NCBI GenBank assembly: GCA_011605725.1
Contig: JAAOZP010000004.1
Location: 128,001 to 192,000 of the forward strand
Length of the DNA: 64,000 bases
Reading direction: 5' to 3'
DNA from: Nitrososphaerota archaeon
GTDB lineage: Archaea; Thermoproteota; EX4484-205; JAAOZP01
In this document: positions 39,090 through 49,779 of the stretch, piece after piece
How the letters are laid out: each line of letters opens with the position of its first letter
Position numbering within the stretch: position 1 is the stretch's first letter
Program-made: the position numbers and the translations under genes
Notes under the pieces: model-generated
The model's input: the letters and a program-made list of their open reading frames with translations, nothing else
The model's database searches: none
Told to the model about the DNA's origin: nothing

Positions 39090-39239
39090 CCTTACCGCCT
39101 CAGCTTGCAGGAAAGCCCTAACCGGATTTAAGGTTTAACAAGTATCCGCAACCAGACTGCAGCTTGAATAGAAATACGCATCATGAGAAACGGCTGATAC
39201 TGAGGAAGCAAATCCAGCTTTTTGAAAAACCCTAGTTGT

Positions 39240-41390
39240 TTAACTAACGATTAGCCTGTTTACGAGCCTAATGTCCCTTGAGGAAGAACCCACCCTTACC
39301 TCATACTCTCCCTTCTCGACAACCCATTTCTCACCATCATAGCTTGCAAGCATGTCAAAATCCAGCTCAACCCTTATCCCTTCCTTCTCACCAGGGTTTA
39401 GAAGCCTCGTCTTATGAAACCCTTTAAGCTCTTGAAAGGGCTTGTCCACCCTGCCCTTCGGCGCCCTGACATAGACTTGGGCAACCTCTTTCCCCGGGAG
39501 GCTTCCAGTGTTCTCAACCTCGAAGGAAACAATCACCCTATTGTTAACCACCTCAACCATTAGACCCCTGTATTCGAAGCTGGTGTAGGAAAGACCGAAG
39601 CCGAACTCGTAGGCAGGCTCAACCCCGAAACTATCGTAATACCTGTAGCCAACGTATATCCCCTCGTCGTACACGACTCTCTGCGGGTTCTCCCTCGGCT
39701 TCCCTGGGAAGCTCCAGGATGGAACATCAGAATAATCCATGGGGAAGGTTGTTGGAAGCTTGCCAGACGGGTTTCTCTCGCCCGAAACAATGTCGGCAAC
39801 TATCCTCCCCGTCTCCTGGCCAGCCTGCCACGTTAACAGGATTCCGTCAACCATGTTCCTCCAGCTGGCGACCTCTATCGGGGATCCTATGTTCAACAGT
39901 GCTACAACCTTCTTACCATGCTGATGAAAAGCTTTAGAAACCCTCTCCACCAGGGTTCTCTCGTCATCGCTCAAATAGAAGTCTCCCTTCTCAGGCTTCC
40001 TATCGTAGCCCTCACCCGATATCCTGCTTATCACGATGATTGCGACATCATTTCTCTCCGCAAACCTGCTTATCTCCTCCTCACCTAGAAAATCCTGGGG
40101 AACCGGTTTAAAGACTTCCCCGAACATTGTTTTCTCAATCCTGTATTCAGCCCTACTCCTGATCTCAGCCAAGTATTTCGCATGGGTCTCCGCAAGCTCC
40201 TCGTCTATCCTCAGGCGTTTCTCCCTCATCCCGTCGAGAATAGATATTACGTACCTCGGATGAGTGTCACCGCTTCCAGTCCCGCCTTTAATGGTCTCTA
40301 TCTGGCCTGTTCCGAAGAGAGCTATTTTAGCATCCTTTCCCACGGGCAATGCTCCATCGTTCTTAAGAAGGACAACTCCCTCCACGCCTGCCTCATAGGC
40401 AACCCTGGCGTGAGCATCGAGATCAGGCTTGTTAGAATACTCGTATCCTTTGAAGGAAGGGGTGTTGACTAGAACCCTTAGAATGTTCTTCACATTCCTT
40501 ATGAGGGTTTCCTCATTAAGCCTCCCTTCTCTAACAGCATTAATTATCGCCTCCACCTCGTCCTTCCTGCTGGGGTCGACCTGATTCGCCTTCCCAGGCA
40601 TTATCATATCGTTGCCAGCCCTCATCATCTCCACAGGATCGTCCTTCGCAAACCAGTCTGTCATCACGAAGCCTTCAAACCCCCAGTCGCACCTCAGAAC
40701 CCTCGTCAGAAGCCACTCGTTCTGCGAACAGTGTTCCCCGTTCAGCTTATTGTACGCGCTCATAACTGTCCACGGCTTAGACTTCTTAACAGCTATCTCG
40801 AAACCCTTAAGATATATTTCTCTAAGCGCTCTTTCAGAAACAAGCGTGTCGATCAGGAAACGGTTTGTCTCCTGATTATTGGCTGCAAAATGCTTCAAGC
40901 AGGCGCCGACGCCTTGAGACTGAACACCCTTAACGAAGGCTGCAGCCATCTCCCCGGTGAGAAGAGGATCCTCAGAATAGTATTCGAAATTCCTTCCACA
41001 TAAAGGATTCCTGTGAATATTCATCGCAGGCGCGAGAAGAATATCCACGCCATACTCCCTAACCTCCTCGCCGACACATCTGCCAACAGCCTCCAGCAAC
41101 TCCCTGTTCCAAGTTGAAGCGAGCATTGTCTCAACGGGGAAAGCCGTAGAGTGATACGTTTTATCATCATTCTCCCTCCGAGGGTTTATTCTCAATCCGG
41201 CGGGCCCGTCTGCCAAGACGGCTGAAGGTATTCCAAGTCTTTCAACAGGATGGGTCTCGCCAGCAGCACCTGGAACTCTTGGAGGAGGGTTGCCGAACAT
41301 GCCGGGTATGCCTATTCCAACAACGATCCTAGCCTTCTCCTCAAGAGTCATCCTAGAAACAATATCTGGAACCTCTTTCAGAGTCACCAA
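39240..41390 (-). CDS. beta-glucosidase GH3 (Thermotoga BglB-like)
   Basis: ADGPAG, GRNFEYYSEDP, KHFAAN, VMTDW and a C-terminal Fn3-like domain. Confidence 0.92.
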   Translation of the reverse strand: MVTLKEVPDIVSRMTLEEKARIVVGIGIPGMFGNPPPRVPGAAGETHPVERLGIPSAVLADGPAGLRINPRRENDDKTYHSTAFPVETMLASTWNRELLEAVGRCVGEEVREYGVDILLAPAMNIHRNPLCGRNFEYYSEDPLLTGEMAAAFVKGVQSQGVGACLKHFAANNQETNRFLIDTLVSERALREIYLKGFEIAVKKSKPWTVMSAYNKLNGEHCSQNEWLLTRVLRCDWGFEGFVMTDWFAKDDPVEMMRAGNDMIMPGKANQVDPSRKDEVEAIINAVREGRLNEETLIRNVKNILRVLVNTPSFKGYEYSNKPDLDAHARVAYEAGVEGVVLLKNDGALPVGKDAKIALFGTGQIETIKGGTGSGDTHPRYVISILDGMREKRLRIDEELAETHAKYLAEIRSRAEYRIEKTMFGEVFKPVPQDFLGEEEISRFAERNDVAIIVISRISGEGYDRKPEKGDFYLSDDERTLVERVSKAFHQHGKKVVALLNIGSPIEVASWRNMVDGILLTWQAGQETGRIVADIVSGERNPSGKLPTTFPMDYSDVPSWSFPGKPRENPQRVVYDEGIYVGYRYYDSFGVEPAYEFGFGLSYTSFEYRGLMVEVVNNRVIVSFEVENTGSLPGKEVAQVYVRAPKGRVDKPFQELKGFHKTRLLNPGEKEGIRVELDFDMLASYDGEKWVVEKGEYEVRVGSSSRDIRLVNRLIVS

Positions 41391-41648
41391 TCCTAATCCA
41401 CTGGAATGAACAGTTTAAAGATTATTTAAGTTTTTCATTCGATACGAGATTAAAGCTAGCCTTAAAGAATTAAACCATGTTGACCCTGATTAGAATGATT
41501 GCTTCCCATACCTCTGAAAAACTTACACGAAACCCGTAAGCCGAATTTTTAGCATCAAGACGCGAAGTTTTAAGGAGAACGGCTTTTTAGATGCAGCTTA
41601 TACTTGAACCTCCTTTAAACAGTTTTTGAAAACGGAAACATTACGATA

Positions 41649-41966
41649 TTATTCTCTTCTCTCCACGATTATCTTACACTTTGTCGCTATAGCTGCAATA
41701 ACTCCTAGGGCAGCCATCCATGGTGCTAAGATGGCACCTATCACTCCTACAGTAGCAGGGATTTCGAGCAGTGTTTCATCCTTCTCGCTTTTCACAATTA
41801 TTCTTGTAACATTCCCTTCATGAATAATGTTTTTAATCGTTTTAACAAGATCATCTGAAGAAACCGCGTATTCCTCTCTTGAAACCTTTCCAACGGGGGA
41901 GCCGCATGCGGAGCAGAAAGCAGCGTCATCAGGCAGTTCCCTACCGCACTTCTGACAATGCTTCAA
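41649..41966 (-). CDS. zinc-ribbon plus DUF4342 domain protein
   Basis: CQKC..CSAC; IHEGNVTRIIVK...LLEIP. Confidence 0.8.
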   Translation of the reverse strand: MKHCQKCGRELPDDAAFCSACGSPVGKVSREEYAVSSDDLVKTIKNIIHEGNVTRIIVKSEKDETLLEIPATVGVIGAILAPWMAALGVIAAIATKCKIIVERRE

Positions 41967-42293
41967 ACATCTTCCACCTCATAATAGGATTCTAAAGAAA
42001 GTTTTTAAACTTTTTTAAGGACGCTAAGCCACTATTCTTCTCATGGAGCCACCTTAACCCTCCGGGCCAGCCTTTACTCGACATCCCAAGGATAAAGCGA
42101 TAATACTCGTTTATTTTGCTCACAGCATAGCTATAATCCTTCCAACGCCACAAGAAGTAGTTTGATACAGCCGCTCGCCTGAATTGACCGACTGTCGTGT
42201 AAAAAGTGGATTCTCCCCTCTAATGACGTTCGATAAGACTGTGATTATCCCAAGTGGATGCGGGCTTACCCTCACGGTATTGGTAAACAACAT

Positions 42294-42304
42294 TAGCGCG
42301 CGCT
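42294..42304. repeat. GC junction motif TAGCGCGCGCT
   Basis: Within the fragment patchwork; a second copy is at 42482-42488. Confidence 0.8.
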
Positions 42305-42489
42305 TTAAGAATCAAGTGTTTCCAACAGTTCTATGTGCACGCGACGTTAACAGTGTATACCGCGTTCTTTGGCCCAAGAATACATGTACTTTGGGACTCA
42401 ATGTCTACACCAGAAGTACTCGTAGCTCTACCTGTTTTAATGCTTGCAACCCTGGTTCACAAGTACCTTATAAAGGAATTGAGCGCGCC

Positions 42490-42635
42490 GTATTCCAGTT
42501 CTTGGAAATCACGTTAGAGCCCCTGAACACCACAACCATCCTGCGACTCTTCAAGACTATTATTGTAGGTTCGTCAACGCCTCTTGAAGATTTGAGACCG
42601 GAGAACACAATACTATAGGGTTCGCAGCGGTATAG
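42490..42635 (-). pseudogene. internal fragment of a sialidase/BNR-repeat-like gene
   Basis: Minus frame reads ...SSRGVDEPTIIVLKSRRMVVVFRG...; bounded by GC motifs at 42482 and about 42636. Confidence 0.45.
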
Positions 42636-42837
42636 AGCGCATCACGCTACATGTCCACCAACCAGTCCAGGTTAGCAGCTGCTATTATCCTCCGGATAAC
42701 GAACATAATCTCGTCTTCATACTCCAACTCGCTTGTAGCACTGCTAACCTTCATCCTTTTTCAACCTGTTCCTGACTTAGCTCGGGTCTTTCAACGAATT
42801 GATTAACATAGCTAACCCACACCGGTTTTCCCTCGGC

Positions 42838-43290
42838 TTACTGCTTTCCCCTCCGGGACGAGAACACTGCCTCCGTGCCCAAATAGGAGTTTAAACCCTC
42901 TGAAGTCAACAGGATGAATACGATGCAGGTACTCAACACCCCGGTTAGCAGATTTACTAGATGAGGCATCATCCTTATGACAATGGTTTCGGAATCAATC
43001 TTTCCGGACGATATTTCAGAGAGAAACGGGATGAAACCGTAGAAAGTGGAAAATACCCCTAGGACTGCGAAAACCGTGAAAACAAGCAGGGAAACTGAGA
43101 ACGTTATTATTCCCCGCAGCCTGTAAAACATTATGATGAGAATAATGCAAAGGAATATGAGCAGCAAGTCACCAATCATCCACTTTTTAAAGAAATACGC
43201 TTTCAGAAGCCAAGAGACAAGCCAGGAAACCATTATTGCTGAAATGAATACGGCCACCAATCGGAGCTCCATGGGTTTCTGCTGGGACAA
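42838..43290 (-). CDS. hypothetical four-TM membrane protein
   Basis: Four hydrophobic segments. Confidence 0.65.
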   Translation of the reverse strand: MSQQKPMELRLVAVFISAIMVSWLVSWLLKAYFFKKWMIGDLLLIFLCIILIIMFYRLRGIITFSVSLLVFTVFAVLGVFSTFYGFIPFLSEISSGKIDSETIVIRMMPHLVNLLTGVLSTCIVFILLTSEGLNSYLGTEAVFSSRRGKQ

Positions 43291-43444
43291 CCCCCGTTTA
43301 ACAGTATGAACGTTTTAAATAAAAGGTTTTCTTTAATTCGAATAAAACACTTGAAGGAACATAGCATTTTTCACATTCCCCTAGTTTCAGCAATGCTTGG
43401 AGAAAAGGAAAGGTTAATTTTACCAACCATCTCGGATTAAAGCA

Positions 43445-44587
43445 ATGAGAAAAAGGGCGCTTGAAGCTATAAGCCTTAAGCGGGTGGAAGCGCTTCTTCT
43501 CTCCGGAGCCCCGACTAGCGATGAAAGACTCGTTGAAAAGCTGACCGGAGTTAAAATCCATGGGAAAGACCAGAAGGAGAGGATGAAAGCAGTATTTGAA
43601 GCTTTAGACGTTGACCTGTTCTACCAGCTTGGAGTTAATTTAAACGTTGTATGGAGCGATATGAAGCCCAGGTTGATTGAAGGTTTTTTCGAAGACTTAA
43701 GAGAAGACTTTCCATTCACCGATGCTTTCCACGTGGCTTATAAAAACCTTAGGCTTAGAAGAACGGAAACAGCCTCACAGCTCTGGGTTTTGGAAAGACC
43801 TTTTAAAAACTATGAGGAACTGCTAAGCTATCTTAAGAATTATGATCCTCGCGAGCATGAGCCGAGGTCGACGAGTGAAATAGCTGACGAGTATGAGATG
43901 GTGTTTCAAGAATACCAGGAGTTGCTCGGCGAAACAACTTTGTATGCTGGAGAATTTTACTTAACACTCTTCACGTATCTAGATATTCACATCGGTTTGC
44001 AAATGATAGCTAGGCTGAGCCGTCAAAACCCAGATGCTTTAGACGAGCTCGTCTCCAAGTATGCTCAAGTAGCTAGAAAACATGTTGAAGCCTGGTCTAG
44101 AACCGGGATAAAAGTTTTCGTTTCGCATGACGACGTGGCTTGGAGAAACGGCTTATTCTTCCCGGCAGAATGGTTCAGGAAGCATGTTGTAAAATGGTGG
44201 AAGCATATTTGGGAGCCTGTTAAAGATAAGGATATAAAACTGATCTTTGTTTCAGACGGGGATTATAGAGGCATAATGGAGGACCTGGTTGAAATAGGCG
44301 TCGACGGCTTTCACGTAGAATGGGACCCGAGGTTTTCACGGAGAGACGTTGAAAAGCTTATGGAGAAATACGGTTGTGAAAAGATATTCCTCCTCCACCC
44401 GAGTTACGAGGTATTGTCGCATGGAAGTGTTTCGGATGTGGAGGAGGAGGCGAGATGGTTCACCACCCTGGCTAGAAAATATCCTGCAATATTTTTTGCA
44501 GGAACCCCGCCCAGTAATCCTGTAAACGAGGAAGTCTTTCTTAGAGCATGGTTTTCTGAAAGACATACTCATTTTAAGCAAGTGTAA
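43445..44587 (+). CDS. uroporphyrinogen decarboxylase / MtaA-CmuA superfamily protein
   Basis: HDDVAWRNGLFF, FVSDGDY and LVEIGVDGFH. Confidence 0.78.
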   Translation: MRKRALEAISLKRVEALLLSGAPTSDERLVEKLTGVKIHGKDQKERMKAVFEALDVDLFYQLGVNLNVVWSDMKPRLIEGFFEDLREDFPFTDAFHVAYKNLRLRRTETASQLWVLERPFKNYEELLSYLKNYDPREHEPRSTSEIADEYEMVFQEYQELLGETTLYAGEFYLTLFTYLDIHIGLQMIARLSRQNPDALDELVSKYAQVARKHVEAWSRTGIKVFVSHDDVAWRNGLFFPAEWFRKHVVKWWKHIWEPVKDKDIKLIFVSDGDYRGIMEDLVEIGVDGFHVEWDPRFSRRDVEKLMEKYGCEKIFLLHPSYEVLSHGSVSDVEEEARWFTTLARKYPAIFFAGTPPSNPVNEEVFLRAWFSERHTHFKQV

Positions 44588-44698
44588 AGAGCATTGAAGA
44601 AAAGCCACTCTGATGCACGCTATTTTTAATCGATCGGAAGCAGGAAACAGTGAGAATTAAGCTTTTAAGCCTGAGCACGGATCATAATACTGATTAAA

Positions 44699-45040
44699 AT
44701 GTGGAGGGTTATAGATTCCGAAACCATTCCTTTCACGCCTTATCCTAAGGGGGTTTCAAGCATAAAGAGGATTGTTGAAAAGGAGAAGATTGGAACCCAG
44801 CGTATTAGTGGATTCGGCCTAATCCAAGTACCTCCAGGAGGCTCCTTCGGCCCTCATGAGCATCCTGAAAGAGAAGAAATATACTACGTCCTCTCCAGCT
44901 CTGGAACACTCATAGTTGGCGATAAGGAGATTCCCGTCAAGGAAGGGCTGACCCTTTACGTTTCAGGAGAAGAACCTCACGGAATAAGGAACCAAGGTGA
45001 TAAGCCGCTCCTCGTAGTCTTCGTAACCGTCTATAAGTAG
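44699..45040 (+). CDS. cupin domain protein
   Basis: HEHPEREEIYYV...G...PHGIRN. Confidence 0.88.
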   Translation: MWRVIDSETIPFTPYPKGVSSIKRIVEKEKIGTQRISGFGLIQVPPGGSFGPHEHPEREEIYYVLSSSGTLIVGDKEIPVKEGLTLYVSGEEPHGIRNQGDKPLLVVFVTVYK

Positions 45041-45065
45041 TTAAACCCAGTAGAGGCTGAGCAGA

Positions 45066-46091
45066 ATGAAGGCACTAGTATACCGTGATTTCAACGATTT
45101 CAAGTGGGAGGAGGTGGAAACCCCTGTCATCGGTCCAGACGAGATCCTGGTGAGGGTGATGGCCTGCGGCCTCTGTTCCACAGACGTTTGGAAAGCAATG
45201 TATCATGAAGCTAAGCCAGGCATGGTGCTTGGACACGAGGTCTCTGGAGAATTGGTGGAAACCGGTTTAAACGTTGCAAACCTGAGAATTGGCGACAGGG
45301 TTGCGGTGTTCCACCGTGCTGAATGCGGAGCATGCTACTATTGTAAGCATGGTGATGAAACGCTTTGCAGCGAGTACCGTCGACAGTCGATTTTCCCAGG
45401 CGCCTTCGCAGAGTATATTCGTGTCACCCCGAGGCTTGTGCAAAAATCCGTTGTTAAAATCCCGGATGAGATGACGTATGAAGAGGCTACGATGATAGAG
45501 CCTACAGCCTGCTGCGTAAGGGCTGTTTCAAAATGCGGAATATCTGTGGACGATAGTGTTCTGATCATCGGCGACGGCCCCATGGCTATGCTTAACGCTC
45601 AAGTCTCAAAGTCAGCTGGGGCCCTTGTGATTCTAAGCGGCCACCATGATTCCCGTGTCGAACCAGCCTTAAGACTCGGGGCAGACTATGCGTTCAACTC
45701 TAAAAAAATCAGCATTAGAGAGAAAGTGTTAGAGTTAACAGGAGGACGCGGGGCTGATGTAGTTATCGTTGCAGTCTCATCCACAGACGCTGTTCAACAA
45801 TCCTTGAAACTGGTTCGAGAAGGAGGCAAGATATGCGTTTTCGGCGATTTCAGAGATGTTCCCCAGCCTAGTCTCAGCCTAGATCTTAAACCAGTTGTTC
45901 ACAACGGTGTGAAAATCCTGGGAAGCTGGGGCTGCTCAACCAAGGATTATCACGCTGCATTCAACCTGTTGAAGAACAGGAAGGTAAGAGTTAAAGAAAT
46001 GATAACACACAGGTTCCCGCTGGAAAGGTTCACGGAGGCTCTTAACGTGTTCCTGAGTAAGGACTGTTTAAAGATCGTTCTTCACCCTTAA
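45066..46091 (+). CDS. zinc-dependent alcohol/polyol dehydrogenase
   Basis: CGLCSTD, GHE, CGACYYC...C and GDGPMA. Confidence 0.9.
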   Translation: MKALVYRDFNDFKWEEVETPVIGPDEILVRVMACGLCSTDVWKAMYHEAKPGMVLGHEVSGELVETGLNVANLRIGDRVAVFHRAECGACYYCKHGDETLCSEYRRQSIFPGAFAEYIRVTPRLVQKSVVKIPDEMTYEEATMIEPTACCVRAVSKCGISVDDSVLIIGDGPMAMLNAQVSKSAGALVILSGHHDSRVEPALRLGADYAFNSKKISIREKVLELTGGRGADVVIVAVSSTDAVQQSLKLVREGGKICVFGDFRDVPQPSLSLDLKPVVHNGVKILGSWGCSTKDYHAAFNLLKNRKVRVKEMITHRFPLERFTEALNVFLSKDCLKIVLHP

Positions 46092-46186
46092 CATTGTCAA
46101 CAGTGAGGAGTGTTTTTGAAACACTTAATAATTACCTGCAGGATTTTTAAACGTTTTTAAATAGAATACGCGTAAACGGAGAATAA

Positions 46187-47596
46187 ATGGGAAAACATGG
46201 TTTCCCACATCGAGAGCTCTATGCTCCAGGACACTTCGGAAACTCGTATGAGGTTGCTGGTCGCTTCGAAATGAGTGATATTCTGGCTGAAGCAAAATGG
46301 TGGGGGTTCAACTGGTATGGCGACTGGTTTGACACCGTAAACCTGACTAAAGCATCCCGTCTTCCTCCAATCGTATCCCACTGCTGGCTGACCAAGGTGC
46401 TCTGGGAAAACAAGAAAGCCCACTTTGAAGAAGCGCGGAGACTAGGGTTTAAGCTTGACCTACTAGTCACTCCGAACCATGTTTATGCAGACCAGGTTTC
46501 CAATGAGATTCTAGCCAAGGATGTTTCAGACAAGCAGGCGGAGCTTCGCAAGATCCGGTTCTTCGGCCACCTGGTATGCCCATCGATTCCCAATGCTCGA
46601 AGAATCATCCTGGAAAACTATGACGAGTTGTTCAAAGATTTAGCTAAGAGCGGTATAAACCTTGATGCGGTTACATATGCTGCTTACGATTTCGGCGGCT
46701 GCGCATGCCGAAAATGCAACCCATGGATCGTGACTTTCGCGGAACTGTGTAGGGAGATACATGATGTTGCTGCTAAATATTTCCCGCGTGTTGAAATGAG
46801 GTTTTGCTGCTGGTGGTGGGATTCTAAGGATCATAATCTTTTCGCCGACTGGGTTGATAAACATATTCCGGGTGAGGTTAAAGGCATGGCTCTATGGATA
46901 AAATACGACGAGGATAAGCCGGCGAGCGTACCGCCCGGTAGGCTTCCAGAAGAATGCGGGGAAGCATACTTCATTCATGTTGGGTATTCAGATGACAGGG
47001 CTGACAACGATGTTTACGGACAGTGGGGACCTGTGGTTGCTCCAAACCGGATACCTAGGACGCTGGAGAATCTGAAAAAAGCCAGGGGCGAAGGCTTCAT
47101 GGCTTATTCCGAGGGCATATTTGACGATGTTAACAAGGCGATTCTAGGTGGTTTAAGCAGTGGAAAGTTTTCAACAGTGCGAGAGGTTCTTGAAGAGTAT
47201 GCGAGAAGATACTTCGAAGCAGAGGGCCGGACGGTGGAAGATTGGGCAGAATGGATCCTTCAATGGGGGAAACCTGGCTCAGTGAACCTGGGGAAGGCGC
47301 GGCGCGTTTTCAGCCGGCTGGCGTCTAAGGCTCCGGACACATGGAGACTGAACCACTTTGCATCCAAAATAAGGCTGTTCGAGTTGAATAGAAAGTTGAT
47401 GAAGAAGGGAACCTGGACCCCTAGGCGCCTAGCCATGGTTGAAGCATTCTTAAGAGAACGCGAGGCTTTACGAAGAAAGATCTACGGACTGGCTCCACTG
47501 TACGAGCCTGTTTTCACAACGATTGTTGGAGAGCCAAACTGGTATCGGGAGCTTAAGGCAGCTAACACTTTTCTCAATAGGGCTTCTAATTTTTGA
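46187..47596 (+). CDS. hypothetical protein (possible TIM-barrel carbohydrate-active enzyme)
   Basis: 469-aa ORF rich in aromatic residues; HFGNSYE and DFGGCACRKC. Confidence 0.7.
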   Translation: MGKHGFPHRELYAPGHFGNSYEVAGRFEMSDILAEAKWWGFNWYGDWFDTVNLTKASRLPPIVSHCWLTKVLWENKKAHFEEARRLGFKLDLLVTPNHVYADQVSNEILAKDVSDKQAELRKIRFFGHLVCPSIPNARRIILENYDELFKDLAKSGINLDAVTYAAYDFGGCACRKCNPWIVTFAELCREIHDVAAKYFPRVEMRFCCWWWDSKDHNLFADWVDKHIPGEVKGMALWIKYDEDKPASVPPGRLPEECGEAYFIHVGYSDDRADNDVYGQWGPVVAPNRIPRTLENLKKARGEGFMAYSEGIFDDVNKAILGGLSSGKFSTVREVLEEYARRYFEAEGRTVEDWAEWILQWGKPGSVNLGKARRVFSRLASKAPDTWRLNHFASKIRLFELNRKLMKKGTWTPRRLAMVEAFLREREALRRKIYGLAPLYEPVFTTIVGEPNWYRELKAANTFLNRASNF

Positions 47597-47715
47597 AGCG
47601 CAGAGGATAGAAAGAACTATCTGGGTTTGAGAAAATACGAGTTCCACCAGTTCTAGTATGAGAAAGAGTTTTCTCTTCTGAATGAGTTTTTAAACAAAAA
47701 ATGGGAAATCGTATT

Positions 47716-47724
47716 CGCGCGCTA
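47716..47724. repeat. GC junction motif CGCGCGCTA
   Basis: Upstream of yjbQ; partner TGCGCGCA at 48195-48202 downstream. Confidence 0.75.
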
Positions 47725-47750
47725 AAAGCATTAATAGTAGTTATTATGGC

Positions 47751-48167
47751 TTGGTCTCCATGGTTCTTAGCGTAATAGAGGTGAGTTCAACATCTAGGCA
47801 ACAGTTTATCGACATTACTGACAGAGTTGAGGGAGTTGTTAATAAGAGTGGTGTTAAAAATGGCGTGTGCTTTCTCTACGTTCCGCACACAACCGCAGGC
47901 ATAACTATAAACGAGAATGCTGATCCGAGTGTAGTCACAGATATTATTGAGACTCTTGAACGCGTAATACCTTTAGACGGACGTTACAGACATTTAGAGG
48001 GGAATGCTCATGCTCACATAAAGTCCAGCATACTCGGACACTCGGCCTGCGTGTTGATTGAAGACGGTAGGCTCATGCTCGGGACATGGCAAGGCGTGTT
48101 CCTATGTGAATTCGATGGGCCGAGGAGGAGGAAAGTCTTAGTTAAAATAATCGAGGAAAAGGTTTGA
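47751..48167 (+). CDS. yjbQ: YjbQ (UPF0047) family protein
   Basis: [21 protein letters not shown] and LGTWQ...EFDGPR. Confidence 0.9.
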   Translation: MVSMVLSVIEVSSTSRQQFIDITDRVEGVVNKSGVKNGVCFLYVPHTTAGITINENADPSVVTDIIETLERVIPLDGRYRHLEGNAHAHIKSSILGHSACVLIEDGRLMLGTWQGVFLCEFDGPRRRKVLVKIIEEKV

Positions 48168-48363
48168 GTCTAGAACAGGCAGGGATTGTAGCAGTGCGCG
48201 CAGTTAACGTTTCCATGAGTCTCGAAAGCATAAGGATTTGAGATAGCGAGAGAGAAACATAGTTCATCCCACTACCTTGACTCTTATCGCAAGCTTTCTG
48301 GTGAGTACTGGAGCGTCAGGATTGTAGAGCCGGAGAAACTCTAAAAGCTCGATTCTTCCTTTT

Positions 48364-49155
48364 CTAATCCGCGTTTCTAAACCTAATCGGAACATATTCG
48401 CCGGCGAAAGGCCTGCTTCTCCGTTCGCACCCTTCCCTCGGGCAATACTTGCAGGCGACGTACTCGTTTAACGTTGCAGCGAACACGCCGGAGACAGATT
48501 TCCTTGGAACCATCAGGCAGCTGGACGTTAGGCGGACACCTATGTTTTTCAGCGGGTTCAAGATGCTGAACAGCACTCTCTGCTGCTCGATTCCGAAAAG
48601 CCTGCCGGAGCCTGTGCCGGGCCCGAAGCCAGAAACCGGGACCCCCAGCCTGTTCTCGACGAGGCGTCTCAGCTGAACACTGGCCTTGCTCAAAGCGTAG
48701 TCTCCCACTTTTTCCAAGACGAATGCTTCAAAAACGTTTGACACCCCCAGCCTGGAGGCCTCCTCCTCGAGTCTAGACCCTATGGTGACCACGTAGAGTG
48801 CAACCTCCTGTCCCCGGGTCAGAACATCCCCGAGCACGATGCTTTTCAAAGTGTGACCACTCTCCAAGGTAACCTCGTCACCCTCTATGCTCACAACCCT
48901 GGTGAACGCGTATACTGCTCTGGGCTCTATAAGGCTACGGCACTTATCCACGAGCGATTCCATCCCTCCCACCCTGTCCCTAAGCCTTCCTACCAGTATG
49001 CCCCTTAGAACCTCCTCCGTCACGATTTCGACAGCAATAGGGTTAACGACCTCTATAGACAGAGGGTTGTTCCGCCGGCTGCGCATATCTCGCTCCGGAT
49101 CGGGTGCTAGATAAAGTTTTGCGGCACATGAAGCATTAGCCTCCCCATCTTCCAC
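48364..49155 (-). CDS. B12-dependent methionine synthase activation-domain-like protein (true start probably further downstream)
   Basis: VVTIG..LE, PG, IGVRLTSSCLMVPRKSVSG and CKYCPREGC. Confidence 0.75.
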   Translation of the reverse strand: MEDGEANASCAAKLYLAPDPERDMRSRRNNPLSIEVVNPIAVEIVTEEVLRGILVGRLRDRVGGMESLVDKCRSLIEPRAVYAFTRVVSIEGDEVTLESGHTLKSIVLGDVLTRGQEVALYVVTIGSRLEEEASRLGVSNVFEAFVLEKVGDYALSKASVQLRRLVENRLGVPVSGFGPGTGSGRLFGIEQQRVLFSILNPLKNIGVRLTSSCLMVPRKSVSGVFAATLNEYVACKYCPREGCERRSRPFAGEYVPIRFRNAD

Positions 49156-49346
49156 ATACTGTTGACTGAGGCTTTCAAACGAGATCTCCTCAATTCTTAA
49201 AGAATGGTTTGGAACAGTTTACCTTAAGCCGCATCAAGCGCACTGTAGATGCGCATGCTAAACTTTTAAACAGCAGAGCACGCTCTCCCAGAAGAATAAC
49301 ACCTCTCAGAGCAATATTAAGCACAACCCGCTTAATAAACGGACGC

Positions 49347-49357
49347 TAGCGTGCGCT
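49347..49357. repeat. decayed GC junction motif TAGCGTGCGCT
   Basis: Immediately precedes the radical SAM fragment. Confidence 0.75.
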
Positions 49358-49358
49358 C

Positions 49359-49745
49359 ATGCCTCACGTTGAGATCGTCAACATAGTTATTCCGGGAGTT
49401 AACGATGACGAGGAGTGTTTAAGATGGTTGATCGAAAGGCATGTTGGGAAGCTTGGAACCTGATACGCCCCTTCACTTTACTCGTTACCATCATGAATAC
49501 AAGTTTAAACTTCTCCTAAAACCCGTGAAAACATTATAAAAAGCAAGAGAGCTAGCAGGGTCTATGGGAGTATTATTCTCCTGAATAGCGAATGTTCCGG
49601 GACACAAATATGAGAACACCTGGTGTCCTAGATGCGGAGAACTGTTAATAAAATGTTGGAGGTTCACTGTAGCAGGTAATAAGATGACTCTAGAGAGTAA
49701 ATGCCTGGATTTCGGCTTTAAGACGCCGGTAGACAAAATAAACGT
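49359..49745 (+). pseudogene. C-terminal fragment of an AmmeMemoRadiSam-type radical SAM enzyme, degraded
   Basis: HVEIVNIVIPGVNDDEE...PDTPLHFTRY...NVPGHKYENTWCPRCGELLI, with a frameshift and stop codons; begins right after TAGCGTGCGCT. Confidence 0.75.
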
Positions 49746-49779
49746 TTACCAGGGTTATACTTATATATAACCTAGGTAA

